Positions 35,734-44,306 of a DNA stretch of 64,000 nt are shown here, in pieces. Made by a program: the position numbers and the translations under genes. The stretch lies in NCBI GenBank assembly GCA_902795355.1, contig CADBKZ010000009.1, positions 352-64,351 of the forward strand, written 5' to 3'. Within the stretch, counting starts at the first letter, position 1, and every line of letters starts with the position of its first letter. A model generated the notes under the pieces. It was not told the origin of the DNA, made no database searches, and worked only from the letters and a program-made list of their open reading frames with translations. The DNA comes from an uncultured Ruminococcus sp. (GTDB taxonomy: Bacteria; Bacillota; Clostridia; Oscillospirales; CAG-272).

Positions 35734-38252
35734 TACGCCGTCACCACCTTGTCGGCCTTTTGCAGGCCCAATTTTTCAATCGCGTCCTTGCGCATCTGGT
35801 ATTTCAGAATTTTTCCCGCCGCGTTCATGGGGAACGACTCCACAAAGTCGATGTATTTCGGCACCTTATGCCGTGCCATGCTCGCCGCAATGAACGCGCG
35901 CATTTCGTCGGCGGACATCGTTTCTCCCTCTTTCAGGATTATGCAAGCCATAATCTCCTCGCCGTACTGCTCGTCGGGAACGCCGATCACCTGCACGTCG
36001 CTCACCTTGGGGTGCGTGTAGATGAACTCCTCGATCTCCTTGGGGTAAATGTTTTCGCCGCCGCGGATGATCATATCTTTGAGCCGACCTGTGATGCGGA
36101 AGTTGCCCTCGGGCGTGCGGCAGGCAAGGTCGCCGGTGTGGAGCCAGCCTTCCGCGTCAATGGCGGCGGCGGTGGCCTCGGGCATTTTGTAGTAGCCTTT
36201 CATAATGTTATAACCGCGCGCCACAAACTCGCCCGTGACCTCGTCCGGACAATCCTCTCCCGTTTCGGGATTGACGATCTTGCACTCGATTTCGGGCAGA
36301 GGACGACCCACGGTTCCGACGCGGACCTCGATGGGGTCGTCGGTGGAGCTCATGGTGCATCCCGGGGACGCCTCGGTCTGGCCGTACACAATGGTAATCT
36401 CGGTCATGTGCATTTTTTCCACCACATCGCGCATGGCGGAAATGGGGCAGGGGCTGCCCGCCATAATGCCGGTCCGCATATAGGAAAAATCGGTTTTCGG
36501 AAAATCGGGGTGGCCGAGCATGGCGATGAACATGGTGGGAACGCCGTGGAACGCCGTAATATGCTCGTTATGGATGCAGGCGAGCGCGGGCTTGGGCGAA
36601 AAATAGGGAAGCGGCAGGAGCGTGACCCCGTGGGTCATCGAGGCGGTCATGGCCAGCACCATGCCGAAGCAATGGAACATGGGAACCTGAATCATCATGC
36701 GGTCGGCGGTGGAAAGGTCCATGCGGTCGCCGATGCACTTGCCGTTGTTCACAATGTTGCGGTGGGTGAGCATAACCCCTTTCGGAAAGCCCGTGGTGCC
36801 CGAGGTGTACTGCATGTTGCAAACGTCGTCGGGGGTCACGGCGGCGGCCATACGGGCCACCGCTTCGGGCGGGACTTCGGAAGAACGGTCCAGCGCGTCC
36901 TTCCAAGTCAGGCATCCTTTTTGGGTAAACCCGACGGTAACGACATTGCGCAGGAACGGCAAACGCTTGCTGTGGAGCGGGTCGCCGGCCTTTTTGGCTT
37001 CCAGCTCGGGGCAAAGCTCGGCAACAATTCTGCCATAGTGCGTGTCCTTCGCGCCCTCGGTCATAATCAGCGTGTGCGTATCCGATTGGGAGAGCAGGTA
37101 TTCCACCTCGTGGATCTTATAGGCCGTGTTGACCGTTACCAGCACGGCTCCAAGCTTTACGGTTGCCCAAAAGGCGATGTACCATTGCGGAACGTTGGAA
37201 GCCCAGACCGCTACATGCGTTCCCGCCCTGACCCCCAGCGCAATGAGCGAGCGGGCAAAGGTGTCCACGTCGTCGCGGAACTCCGAGTAGGTGCGGGTAT
37301 AGTCCAGCGTGGTGTATTTGAAGGCGTATTGGTCGGGGTATTCTTCCACCATGCGGTCGAGTACGTCCGAAAACGTGCAGTCGATCAGCAGGTCCTTTTT
37401 CCAAATGAACGTTCCCGTGTGCGCGCGGTTCCAATAAAGGGCTTTTTCCCCGCGCGAGGGGTCGCCGAACTGCTTCATGTAGTTTGCGAACTGCGCAAGG
37501 ACGATCTCCATATCGTCCAGCTCGGGGCACCATGCGGGGTCCCAGACAAGGGAGAGAAAGCCGTCGTAGTTCACCGAGCGGAGCGCGAGCATGATTTCGG
37601 CAACGGGAAGTTCCCCCTCGCCGAGCAGGCAGGCTTCCACGCCATCCGCCGTGCGGCGCGCGTCGCTGATATGCACATGGCGGACATACGCGCCGAGGTT
37701 TTTGATTACCTCGCCCGCGCGTTCTCCCCCCTCGAACCAAGCGGCCGACATTTGCCAGAGCGCGCCGAGACGGTCGGTTGCGAACCGGCCGAGAAAATCG
37801 CGCAGGCGATCGGAACGGCAGAACAGCCCCGAAGTTTCTATCAGGAGCGAGACGCCGAGCGATTCGGCCTCGGGCAACTGCGCGGCAATCAGAGCGGCGG
37901 CGCGCTCGGCGGCGGCTTCGGCGTCCTCGGCTTCGGCGGCGCGCAGGCGGACGGCGGGAATATGGAACGCCGCGGCAACGCGCAGGCAATCGCGGAGTTC
38001 TTCCGCGGCGGCGGTCGGGTCGCCGGCAATGTCGGCAATTACGTCAACGGCGGGCAGGGAAAGCCGCTTTTCGTAAAGCTCGCGCAGGGTTGCGGAAGCC
38101 GTTTGGTCGCGGAAGGCGCTGTTGCGGTCGGTAAAGAGCGTTCCGCGAACGTTGTGAAGCTCAATGCCGTCCAGCTTCAGGTCGTTCGCCGCGGCGCAAA
38201 GCTCGGCAAAGGACGCATTGTGCCAACCCTTGGTGGAAAAGGAAAGTTTCAT
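35733..38252 (-). CDS. Fusion protein: N-terminal xylose isomerase-like TIM barrel (sugar phosphate isomerase/epimerase family) plus C-terminal AMP-dependent synthetase/ligase
   Basis: 839 aa. MKLSFSTKGWHNASFAELCAAANDLKLDGIELHNV (TIM barrel), then YTSGTTGFPKGVMLTHRNI, GYGQTE, TGDLA, RLKDMIIRGGENIYP (adenylate-forming enzyme core motifs). Confidence 0.85.
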   Translation of the reverse strand: MKLSFSTKGWHNASFAELCAAANDLKLDGIELHNVRGTLFTDRNSAFRDQTASATLRELYEKRLSLPAVDVIADIAGDPTAAAEELRDCLRVAAAFHIPAVRLRAAEAEDAEAAAERAAALIAAQLPEAESLGVSLLIETSGLFCRSDRLRDFLGRFATDRLGALWQMSAAWFEGGERAGEVIKNLGAYVRHVHISDARRTADGVEACLLGEGELPVAEIMLALRSVNYDGFLSLVWDPAWCPELDDMEIVLAQFANYMKQFGDPSRGEKALYWNRAHTGTFIWKKDLLIDCTFSDVLDRMVEEYPDQYAFKYTTLDYTRTYSEFRDDVDTFARSLIALGVRAGTHVAVWASNVPQWYIAFWATVKLGAVLVTVNTAYKIHEVEYLLSQSDTHTLIMTEGAKDTHYGRIVAELCPELEAKKAGDPLHSKRLPFLRNVVTVGFTQKGCLTWKDALDRSSEVPPEAVARMAAAVTPDDVCNMQYTSGTTGFPKGVMLTHRNIVNNGKCIGDRMDLSTADRMMIQVPMFHCFGMVLAMTASMTHGVTLLPLPYFSPKPALACIHNEHITAFHGVPTMFIAMLGHPDFPKTDFSYMRTGIMAGSPCPISAMRDVVEKMHMTEITIVYGQTEASPGCTMSSTDDPIEVRVGTVGRPLPEIECKIVNPETGEDCPDEVTGEFVARGYNIMKGYYKMPEATAAAIDAEGWLHTGDLACRTPEGNFRITGRLKDMIIRGGENIYPKEIEEFIYTHPKVSDVQVIGVPDEQYGEEIMACIILKEGETMSADEMRAFIAASMARHKVPKYIDFVESFPMNAAGKILKYQMRKDAIEKLGLQKADKVVTA

Positions 38253-39628
38253 GCCTGCTCCTCCTCATAAATGATTTTGTTCACCGCCGAGAGATAGGCG
38301 CGGATGGCGGCGCCGATGATGTCGGTGGAAATGCCGTTTCCGGCGTATACCCGCCCGTCCGAGCGCAGGCGAACCAGCGCGGAACCGAGCGCCTCGCGCC
38401 CTTCCGTTACCGATTGGATCTGAAAATCATCCAATTCATACCGGCGGCCAACCACCTGCTCGATGGCCGAGAACGCGGCGGCAACGGGACCGTCCCCAAT
38501 GCTGACGCCGGTGGAATTTTTTCCGTCCCGCGCCAACGTGATCTGCGCGCTGGCGGAAATGATGTTGCCGCTGTTGACGACATAGTTGACGAGCTGATAA
38601 GCCGACGGCACTTGCAGAGCGGTTCCCGCCACAATGGCGTCCAGCTCGCGCGCGCCGATCTGCTTTTTGGAAGCGGCGCGGAGAAATTCTTCGTAGACCT
38701 TTTTCTGATCCTCTTCGGAAAGGTCGTAGCCGAGCCGCGTTACGGCGGCGGCCACCGCCTGTTGGGAGTCGTTGCCGTCCAGAAGCAATTGCTCGTTTTC
38801 GGCGGGAGCGGCGGAAACGGCCGCGCGGGAATTATCGCTGACCCAGCGGATCTGCCGGACGATGCGCTGAATCTCTGTCAGCCGCAGGCGCGACGCGATG
38901 CCGTAGCGGTCGCCGCATTCGCGCAGAATGCCCGCAAAGGTTTCCAGCGGAACGGTGGAACCGTCCACGCAGGTTTTTACCACCGTTGCGCCGTGCCGAG
39001 CGGCAATCAGAGCCTCGGCGCAGGCGAGGCCGTTCCGGTTCTCGCAGCGGATGCCGAGCGGAACCGCGACCGACTTGGCAATGGGTTCCATAAAGTCGGC
39101 AAACTCGTCGGGGGCCATTTCGGCGGCGCTGTCGCAAATCGAAATCAGGTCGGCGCCCGCCTCGGCGGCGGCGCGGACCGCCGCCGCCAGAAATTCGGGT
39201 TCGGCACGCGTGGCGTCCACGGCGCAGAACTCCGCTTCCATCCCTTTCGCTTTTGCGGCGCGGACCGCTTCGGCGATCCATTCGAGCTGCTTGGCGGGCT
39301 TGCGGTGGGCAATGTATTCCATTCCGACGGGCGAGAGCGGAAGCTCGACGCGAATGCGCGGGCGAGCGGCCGCGGAGAGGGCCGCCGCGGCGTTTTCGAT
39401 GCTTTCGGGAGAGCTTCCCGCCGCCACCGACAGTACGCCGTTTTTCACAAAAGCGGACGCCGTGCGCACCAAAAGAATGTCCGCGCGGGCATTGGCAATT
39501 TCGGGAAGCTCGATGGCGTCAACGTTCAGGCGTTCGAGCCACCGCGCAATTTCAAGTTTTTCTTTGAAGCTGAATGTGCCGTTTTCGCGGCAGAGCGTTG
39601 TGTCGGCGATCCGGATTTGAGTGGACAT
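38249..39628 (-). CDS. 2-isopropylmalate synthase/homocitrate synthase-like protein with a degenerate catalytic site and an intact LeuA regulatory (dimer) domain
   Basis: IADTTLCRENG replaces the canonical DTTLRDGEQ, and IRCENRNGLACAEAL replaces HxHNDxG. The C-terminus GDGPVAAAFSAIEQVV...STDIIGAAIRAYLSAVNKI matches the LeuA allosteric domain. Confidence 0.75.
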   Translation of the reverse strand: MSTQIRIADTTLCRENGTFSFKEKLEIARWLERLNVDAIELPEIANARADILLVRTASAFVKNGVLSVAAGSSPESIENAAAALSAAARPRIRVELPLSPVGMEYIAHRKPAKQLEWIAEAVRAAKAKGMEAEFCAVDATRAEPEFLAAAVRAAAEAGADLISICDSAAEMAPDEFADFMEPIAKSVAVPLGIRCENRNGLACAEALIAARHGATVVKTCVDGSTVPLETFAGILRECGDRYGIASRLRLTEIQRIVRQIRWVSDNSRAAVSAAPAENEQLLLDGNDSQQAVAAAVTRLGYDLSEEDQKKVYEEFLRAASKKQIGARELDAIVAGTALQVPSAYQLVNYVVNSGNIISASAQITLARDGKNSTGVSIGDGPVAAAFSAIEQVVGRRYELDDFQIQSVTEGREALGSALVRLRSDGRVYAGNGISTDIIGAAIRAYLSAVNKIIYEEEQA

Positions 39629-39639
39629 GGTTTGAACTC

Positions 39640-39960
39640 CTTTCGATTGGGGAAACAGACACGGTTTTCGGATGAAAAAAGCCCCGACATCGGCGATTTA
39701 CCGATGTCGGGGACGAAATTGCAATTTCGCGGTACCACCCCGTTTACCGCCACGGCGGGCGGTCAACTCTTGCGGCTCGAACAAGCCGGTTGCCATGGTA
39801 ACGGGGCAGGCCGTGGCTGCTTACTTCGCCGCGAGGCGGTTCGGCGACCCTGCTACGGAACGAGACTTCCCATGCCCGCCGCGCCGTTTCGCACCAACCA
39901 ACGGCTCTCTGCTTCGGCTTTCGGCAAAGGAATAATTCCATCATCGCATTTGCGTGTGTT
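39640..39960 (-). promoter_or_regulatory. T-box leader (tRNA-sensing transcription attenuator), specifier probably CUC (Leu)
   Basis: Minus strand: K-turn-like GCGAUGAUGG, AG bulge GCAGAGAGCC, distal loop GGUGCGAAA, AGUAA box, F-box CCGUUA, T-box AAACGGGGUGGUACCGCG, then the terminator. Confidence 0.85.
39675..39714 (-). terminator. T-box leader terminator
   Basis: Minus strand: CCCCGACAUCGG-uaaaucg-CCGAUGUCGGGG followed by CUUUUUU. The 5' arm overlaps the antiterminator 3' strand. Confidence 0.85.
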
Positions 39961-39974
39961 TCCTTGTTGAAGTG

Positions 39975-40003
39975 ATTTTACCACAACTTTGCGGGTTTGT
40001 CAA
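39975..40003 (-). promoter_or_regulatory. Promoter of the T-box operon
   Basis: Minus strand: TTGACA, 17 nt, TAAAAT. Confidence 0.55.
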
Positions 40004-40028
40004 GGGGTTTTTGAAAAAAAGTGAAAAA

Positions 40029-40589
40029 TCAATTCAACGCCTCTGCGAGTTCCAACGGCAGCCGCCGCCGGATCAGCTGCGCCAACGCGAACGCAAGAGC
40101 CACCGAGGCAATGTCCTTGGGCAGAAACGGGAGCGACGCGCCTTTGACGGCCGCGGCGACCGAAATATGGTTGACAACCGCGAGCTGCAACGCCCCGCAA
40201 AGGTGGCAGAGCAGAAGCCCCGCAACGCCGAGCAGGATCCCGAACACCCACCGCAGAACACGATGGCGCAAGCGGCAGGCAAGGCCGCAGAAAAAGACCA
40301 TCAGCAGGAAACCGTAAATAAACCCGCCCGTGGGGCCCACAAGTTTGGCGAACCCGCCCTGCATGCCCGAGAAAACAGGCAAGCCGAGCGCGCCGATGAA
40401 AATGTAGACGCCGACGGCGCCGAGCCCGATCTTCCAACCGATTATAAAGCCGCAAAAGGCAACGGCAAAGGTTTGCAGCGTCATGGGAACGCCCAAAAAG
40501 TTGATCGGGATGGGAATAACGGTCAGTACGGCGATCATAGCGGCGAACAGGGCGGTAAAGGTGATTTTCAGGGTACGGGTGCGTTTCAT
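40029..40589 (-). CDS. bioY: Biotin transporter BioY (ECF S component)
   Basis: Start MKRTRTLKITFTALFAAMIAVLTVI. VPMTLQTFAV, GALGLPVFSG and GPTGGFIYGF are typical of BioY. Confidence 0.9.
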   Translation of the reverse strand: MKRTRTLKITFTALFAAMIAVLTVIPIPINFLGVPMTLQTFAVAFCGFIIGWKIGLGAVGVYIFIGALGLPVFSGMQGGFAKLVGPTGGFIYGFLLMVFFCGLACRLRHRVLRWVFGILLGVAGLLLCHLCGALQLAVVNHISVAAAVKGASLPFLPKDIASVALAFALAQLIRRRLPLELAEALN

Positions 40590-40672
40590 GGAGTTCTTCT
40601 TTCGGTTTGCATGGGATTTGCGGTTGTTGTGTTTGCCCGCGCGGGGCGCGGACGGAATGGTTTTTCGGGCGG

Positions 40673-41488
40673 TTATTTTCCGTCCTCTTTCAGGTAGCGT
40701 TCCAATTCTTGGCGGCGGTAGGCTCCGGGGGTAATGCCGAACGTCCGGTGGAAAACGGTGTTGAAATAGGATTGCGAGCAGAACCCGCATCGCTCCGCCA
40801 CCTCTCCGATGCTGACGGGCTCGGTAATCAGGATCCGCTTCGCCTCTTCCATGCGAACGTCGCTCAAATATTCAAACGGCGTTTTTCCGATGGCGCGCCG
40901 GAACAGACCATGGAAATAAATGGGAGTAAAATTCGCGCTGGCGGCAATGTCGCCAAGCGAGACCGACTCCATGTAATGCGTTTCCATAAAATCGATGGCG
41001 CGGGAAATGCCGCTGCGCCGCCGCTCTTCCGTATACCGGTCGAGCTGACTCGCGCGTTTTACGCCGGCTCGGAGCTGGGAGAGAAATTGCAGAAAGCGGG
41101 CGCCCGCAAGCAGTTCGTCCCCCGCGTTGGCGGCGGCCAATATTTCGCGGATCGCTTTGGCGGGGTCAACGCCGTCCGGAATGCGGGAATAGCGCGGAAG
41201 CGCGCGGATCGCCTCGGCCGCAACGCCGCCGTCGTCTTCCGTTTTCAGGTAGTCGGTTTTCAGCGGCAGTTTGCTGTGGCGCGTTTCGTTCGGCAGCGCG
41301 CGGAGCATGTATCCGGCCCGAATGGGGCAGGCAACGTCCCCAAGGTAGGTCACGCCGCCGTCCTCGCTGTAAAATTCCAATTCCAGACAGGAAACGGTTC
41401 GTTCAGGGGTCAAGGTCTGCCCGCGAAAGGTTTCGTTGCTATCGAACACGCCGGCCGAAAATTTTCCGGTCGCCAATGCAATTTCCAT
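40673..41488 (-). CDS. AraC family transcriptional regulator
   Basis: Start MEIALATGKFSAG. C-terminal dual HTH (SLGDIAASANFTPIYFHGLFRRAIGKTPFEYL...VAERCGFCSQSYFNTVFHRTFGITPGAYR). Divergent from the dehydratase gene. Confidence 0.85.
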   Translation of the reverse strand: MEIALATGKFSAGVFDSNETFRGQTLTPERTVSCLELEFYSEDGGVTYLGDVACPIRAGYMLRALPNETRHSKLPLKTDYLKTEDDGGVAAEAIRALPRYSRIPDGVDPAKAIREILAAANAGDELLAGARFLQFLSQLRAGVKRASQLDRYTEERRRSGISRAIDFMETHYMESVSLGDIAASANFTPIYFHGLFRRAIGKTPFEYLSDVRMEEAKRILITEPVSIGEVAERCGFCSQSYFNTVFHRTFGITPGAYRRQELERYLKEDGK

Positions 41489-41641
41489 GGGTGTATTCCT
41501 CCCGAAAAGTAAAATTCCGATAAAAGACAGAAAGATTCCGACTATCCCGCGCGGAAAAAATCTGCTATAATCAATTGTAGCACGAAAACGGGAAAAAATC
41601 AAGCCCGTAGGAAATTTATTTTTCGGAAAAGAGGATTTGCC

Positions 41642-42802
41642 ATGAAAGTAACCGATGTAAAATGCTTCGCGGTGGATTGCTACCGCACCAATTGGGTTTT
41701 TGTGGAGGTTTACACGGACGAAGGGATCGACGGCGTTGGCGAGGCGACGCTCGAATATAAGGAAAAGGCGTTGCTCGGCGCGGTGGACCACATTCGCGAA
41801 TATCTGGTCGGAAAGGACGCGCGGGAGATCGGAGCGCATTGGTTCCATATCTACCGCGACGCGTATTGGCGCGGCGGCGCGGTGCTGATGAGCGCGCTTT
41901 CGGCCGTGGAAACGGCGTTATGGGATATTCTCGGTAAGTCGCTCGGCGTTCCGGTTTCGCAGCTGCTGGGCGGGTGCGTGAACGCCGAGGTGCCCATTTA
42001 TGTCAACGGTTGGTTTGCGGGAGCCAAAACGCCGGCGGAGTTTGCCGAAAAGGCGAAAGCGGCGGCCGCGCGCGGCGTTGCGGGCATGAAATGGGATCCG
42101 TTCGGGAAAGCGTACCTGCGCCTGACCGCCAAAGAGCTGGATACCGCCATTGCCTGCGTGGCGGCCGTCCGCGAGGCCGTTGGAAACGGGGTGGAGCTTC
42201 TGATCGAGGGTCACGGCCGTTTCGACGTTCCAACGGCGGTTACGGTTGCGCGCGAGTTGGCGCCGTTCAAGCCCATGTGGTTCGAGGAGCCGGTGCCGCC
42301 CGATAACCTCGGCGCGCTCAAAGAGGTCAGAAGTCGATCCCCCATCCCGATCGCGGCGGGCGAGCGGCTCTACACCCGCTACGATTACCGCGCCCTGTTC
42401 GATCAATGCGCGGCGGACTACATCCAACCCGACGTCAGCCACGCGGGTGGCATTGCAGAGCTTGTCAAGATCGCCGCCGAGGCGGAATCCCGCTATCTCG
42501 CGTTCGCGCCGCACAACCCGTCGGGTCCGGTGGCCAACGCGGCAACCTTGCAGGTTGCGGCGGTCTGCCCGAATTTTTGCATGCTGGAATCCATGTTCTC
42601 GGACGTTACATGGCGCGCGGACGTATGCGACGAGCGGCTGACGTTCCAAAACGGGAAGCTGCGGATCCCGCAGAAAGCGGGGCTTGGCATTGAGATTGAC
42701 GAGGAAGCCTGCCTCGCGCACCCCTACCGGCCGCACACGCTCCGCCATTACACGGGCGCGCTGACCGACATTCGCCCGCCGGAAACGAAATTTTACTATT
42801 GA
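41642..42802 (+). CDS. Enolase-superfamily sugar-acid dehydratase (D-galactonate dehydratase family)
   Basis: MKVTDVKCFAV...VEVYTDEGIDGVGEATL...SAVETALWDILGKSLGVPVSQLLGG. The N-terminal capping and barrel motifs match the mandelate racemase/muconate lactonising family. Confidence 0.85.
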   Translation: MKVTDVKCFAVDCYRTNWVFVEVYTDEGIDGVGEATLEYKEKALLGAVDHIREYLVGKDAREIGAHWFHIYRDAYWRGGAVLMSALSAVETALWDILGKSLGVPVSQLLGGCVNAEVPIYVNGWFAGAKTPAEFAEKAKAAAARGVAGMKWDPFGKAYLRLTAKELDTAIACVAAVREAVGNGVELLIEGHGRFDVPTAVTVARELAPFKPMWFEEPVPPDNLGALKEVRSRSPIPIAAGERLYTRYDYRALFDQCAADYIQPDVSHAGGIAELVKIAAEAESRYLAFAPHNPSGPVANAATLQVAAVCPNFCMLESMFSDVTWRADVCDERLTFQNGKLRIPQKAGLGIEIDEEACLAHPYRPHTLRHYTGALTDIRPPETKFYY

Positions 42803-42841
42803 AATATGATAGAACTCCGAAACATACAGGAGAGCAGAAAA

Positions 42842-44296
42842 ATGAGCGTTGAACCAAGAAATCTTATCAGAATCGGAACGTTGAAATCCCGTTCCGCAAA
42901 AGACATTTCACATTCGCGGCTCGGAATCGGCTTTGAAAAGCTTGACCGCGCAGTGTTCGATCCCGAAAAAGCCTATCCGAAGCTTGCTTCGCTCGGCCTT
43001 AAATGGGTGCGGCTGCAATCCGGTTGGCAACGTACCGAGCGAAAAAAGGGCGTTTACGATTTTGCATGGATCGACCGTGTGGTGAACCGTTTGCTCGGCC
43101 TCGGAATGATCCCTTGGGTTTGCCTTTGCTACGGAAATGATTTGTACAATGAAGAGGCGAAAAGCGTTTTCGGCGCGGTGGGCGTTCCGCCGATTTTCAC
43201 CGAGGAACAGCGCGCGGCATGGCGGAACTATTGCTTTGCCTTTGCCGAGCATTTTCGCGGCCGCGTGCGGCATTACGAGGTTTGGAACGAGCCGGATAAC
43301 AGGCCTTGTTGGAAACACGGGACGAACGCGACCGAGCTCGGGCATTTTACCATTGAAACGGCAAAAGCGGTTCGGGCGGCGGATCCGGACGCCTATTTGA
43401 TCGGCGGGGTGTTTACTTATCGGATCGGGTTTTTGAACGAGGCGATGCAAACGGGCATGGGCGATTTTCTCAATGCAATCAGTTACCATGCCTACCATTG
43501 CGAAGAAGCCGACCTGCTCGGCAAGGCGCGGGGGGTTCGCGGTGTTTGCGACCTGTACAGCCCCGATCTGGAAATCATTCAGGGCGAATCGGGCGCGCAA
43601 TCCCGCAACGACGGGAGCGGCGCTTTGCGGCTGGGGAATTGGACGCCCGCGCGGCAGGCAAAATTTTTGCTGCGCCACCTGACAACCGATCTTTCCGCGA
43701 ACATAAAGTTTACTTCCTATTTTTCGTGCGTGGATATGGTCGAGGCGTTGAACGGCACCGTTGGGGACAAGGCGAGCTACCTTGATTACGGTTATTTCGG
43801 CGTTCTCGGAGCCGATTTCGACGAAAACGGCGTTTCCACAGGCGATTATACACCGAAACCGTCTTATTACGCTTTGCAAAATCTGGCCGCGCTGTTTGCG
43901 GACGGCGGCGCCCCTTGCGCGTTGCCGGTTGTGATTCGGCAAGAGCCGCAAGCTCAAAGCTGGCTTACCGCTGATCTCCGCGCCGCCGAGCTGATGCAGG
44001 CCGGCTTTCTCCTCGCGGGCGGCGCAAAAGCGTTTGCGTATTGGAAACCGGCCGACCTGCTCTCGGAGACATACGAAGGAACGGTCAGCCTGAACGCGGC
44101 GTTCCCGCCCAAAACGCCGCTCCACCTGCTCGACCCGATGGACGGCGCGGTGTATAAAATGGGGGAATCCGCCGCTGTTTTCGATGCGTTTGGCAATTAT
44201 GCAATCCGGCATATTCCCGTTCGCGATTATCCGTTGTTTTTGATTTTCGGCGACTTACCGGCAGTAGAGCCGTTCGTTGAAAAACAGGAAATTTGA
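42842..44296 (+). CDS. Clan GH-A (beta/alpha)8 glycoside hydrolase (GH39/GH5-like)
   Basis: ATG 42842. YEVWNEPDN (acid/base NEP motif) and IIQGESG (candidate nucleophile). No signal peptide. Confidence 0.65.
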   Translation: MSVEPRNLIRIGTLKSRSAKDISHSRLGIGFEKLDRAVFDPEKAYPKLASLGLKWVRLQSGWQRTERKKGVYDFAWIDRVVNRLLGLGMIPWVCLCYGNDLYNEEAKSVFGAVGVPPIFTEEQRAAWRNYCFAFAEHFRGRVRHYEVWNEPDNRPCWKHGTNATELGHFTIETAKAVRAADPDAYLIGGVFTYRIGFLNEAMQTGMGDFLNAISYHAYHCEEADLLGKARGVRGVCDLYSPDLEIIQGESGAQSRNDGSGALRLGNWTPARQAKFLLRHLTTDLSANIKFTSYFSCVDMVEALNGTVGDKASYLDYGYFGVLGADFDENGVSTGDYTPKPSYYALQNLAALFADGGAPCALPVVIRQEPQAQSWLTADLRAAELMQAGFLLAGGAKAFAYWKPADLLSETYEGTVSLNAAFPPKTPLHLLDPMDGAVYKMGESAAVFDAFGNYAIRHIPVRDYPLFLIFGDLPAVEPFVEKQEI

Positions 44297-44306
44297 GAGG
44301 GATGGT

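Noticed and set aside
35547-38270. 907-aa ORF on the plus strand
   Set aside because: It is entirely antisense to the well-supported TIM-barrel/AMP-ligase gene. The translation is Arg/Gly/Ala/His-rich low complexity with no motif, which is typical of a GC-rich shadow ORF.
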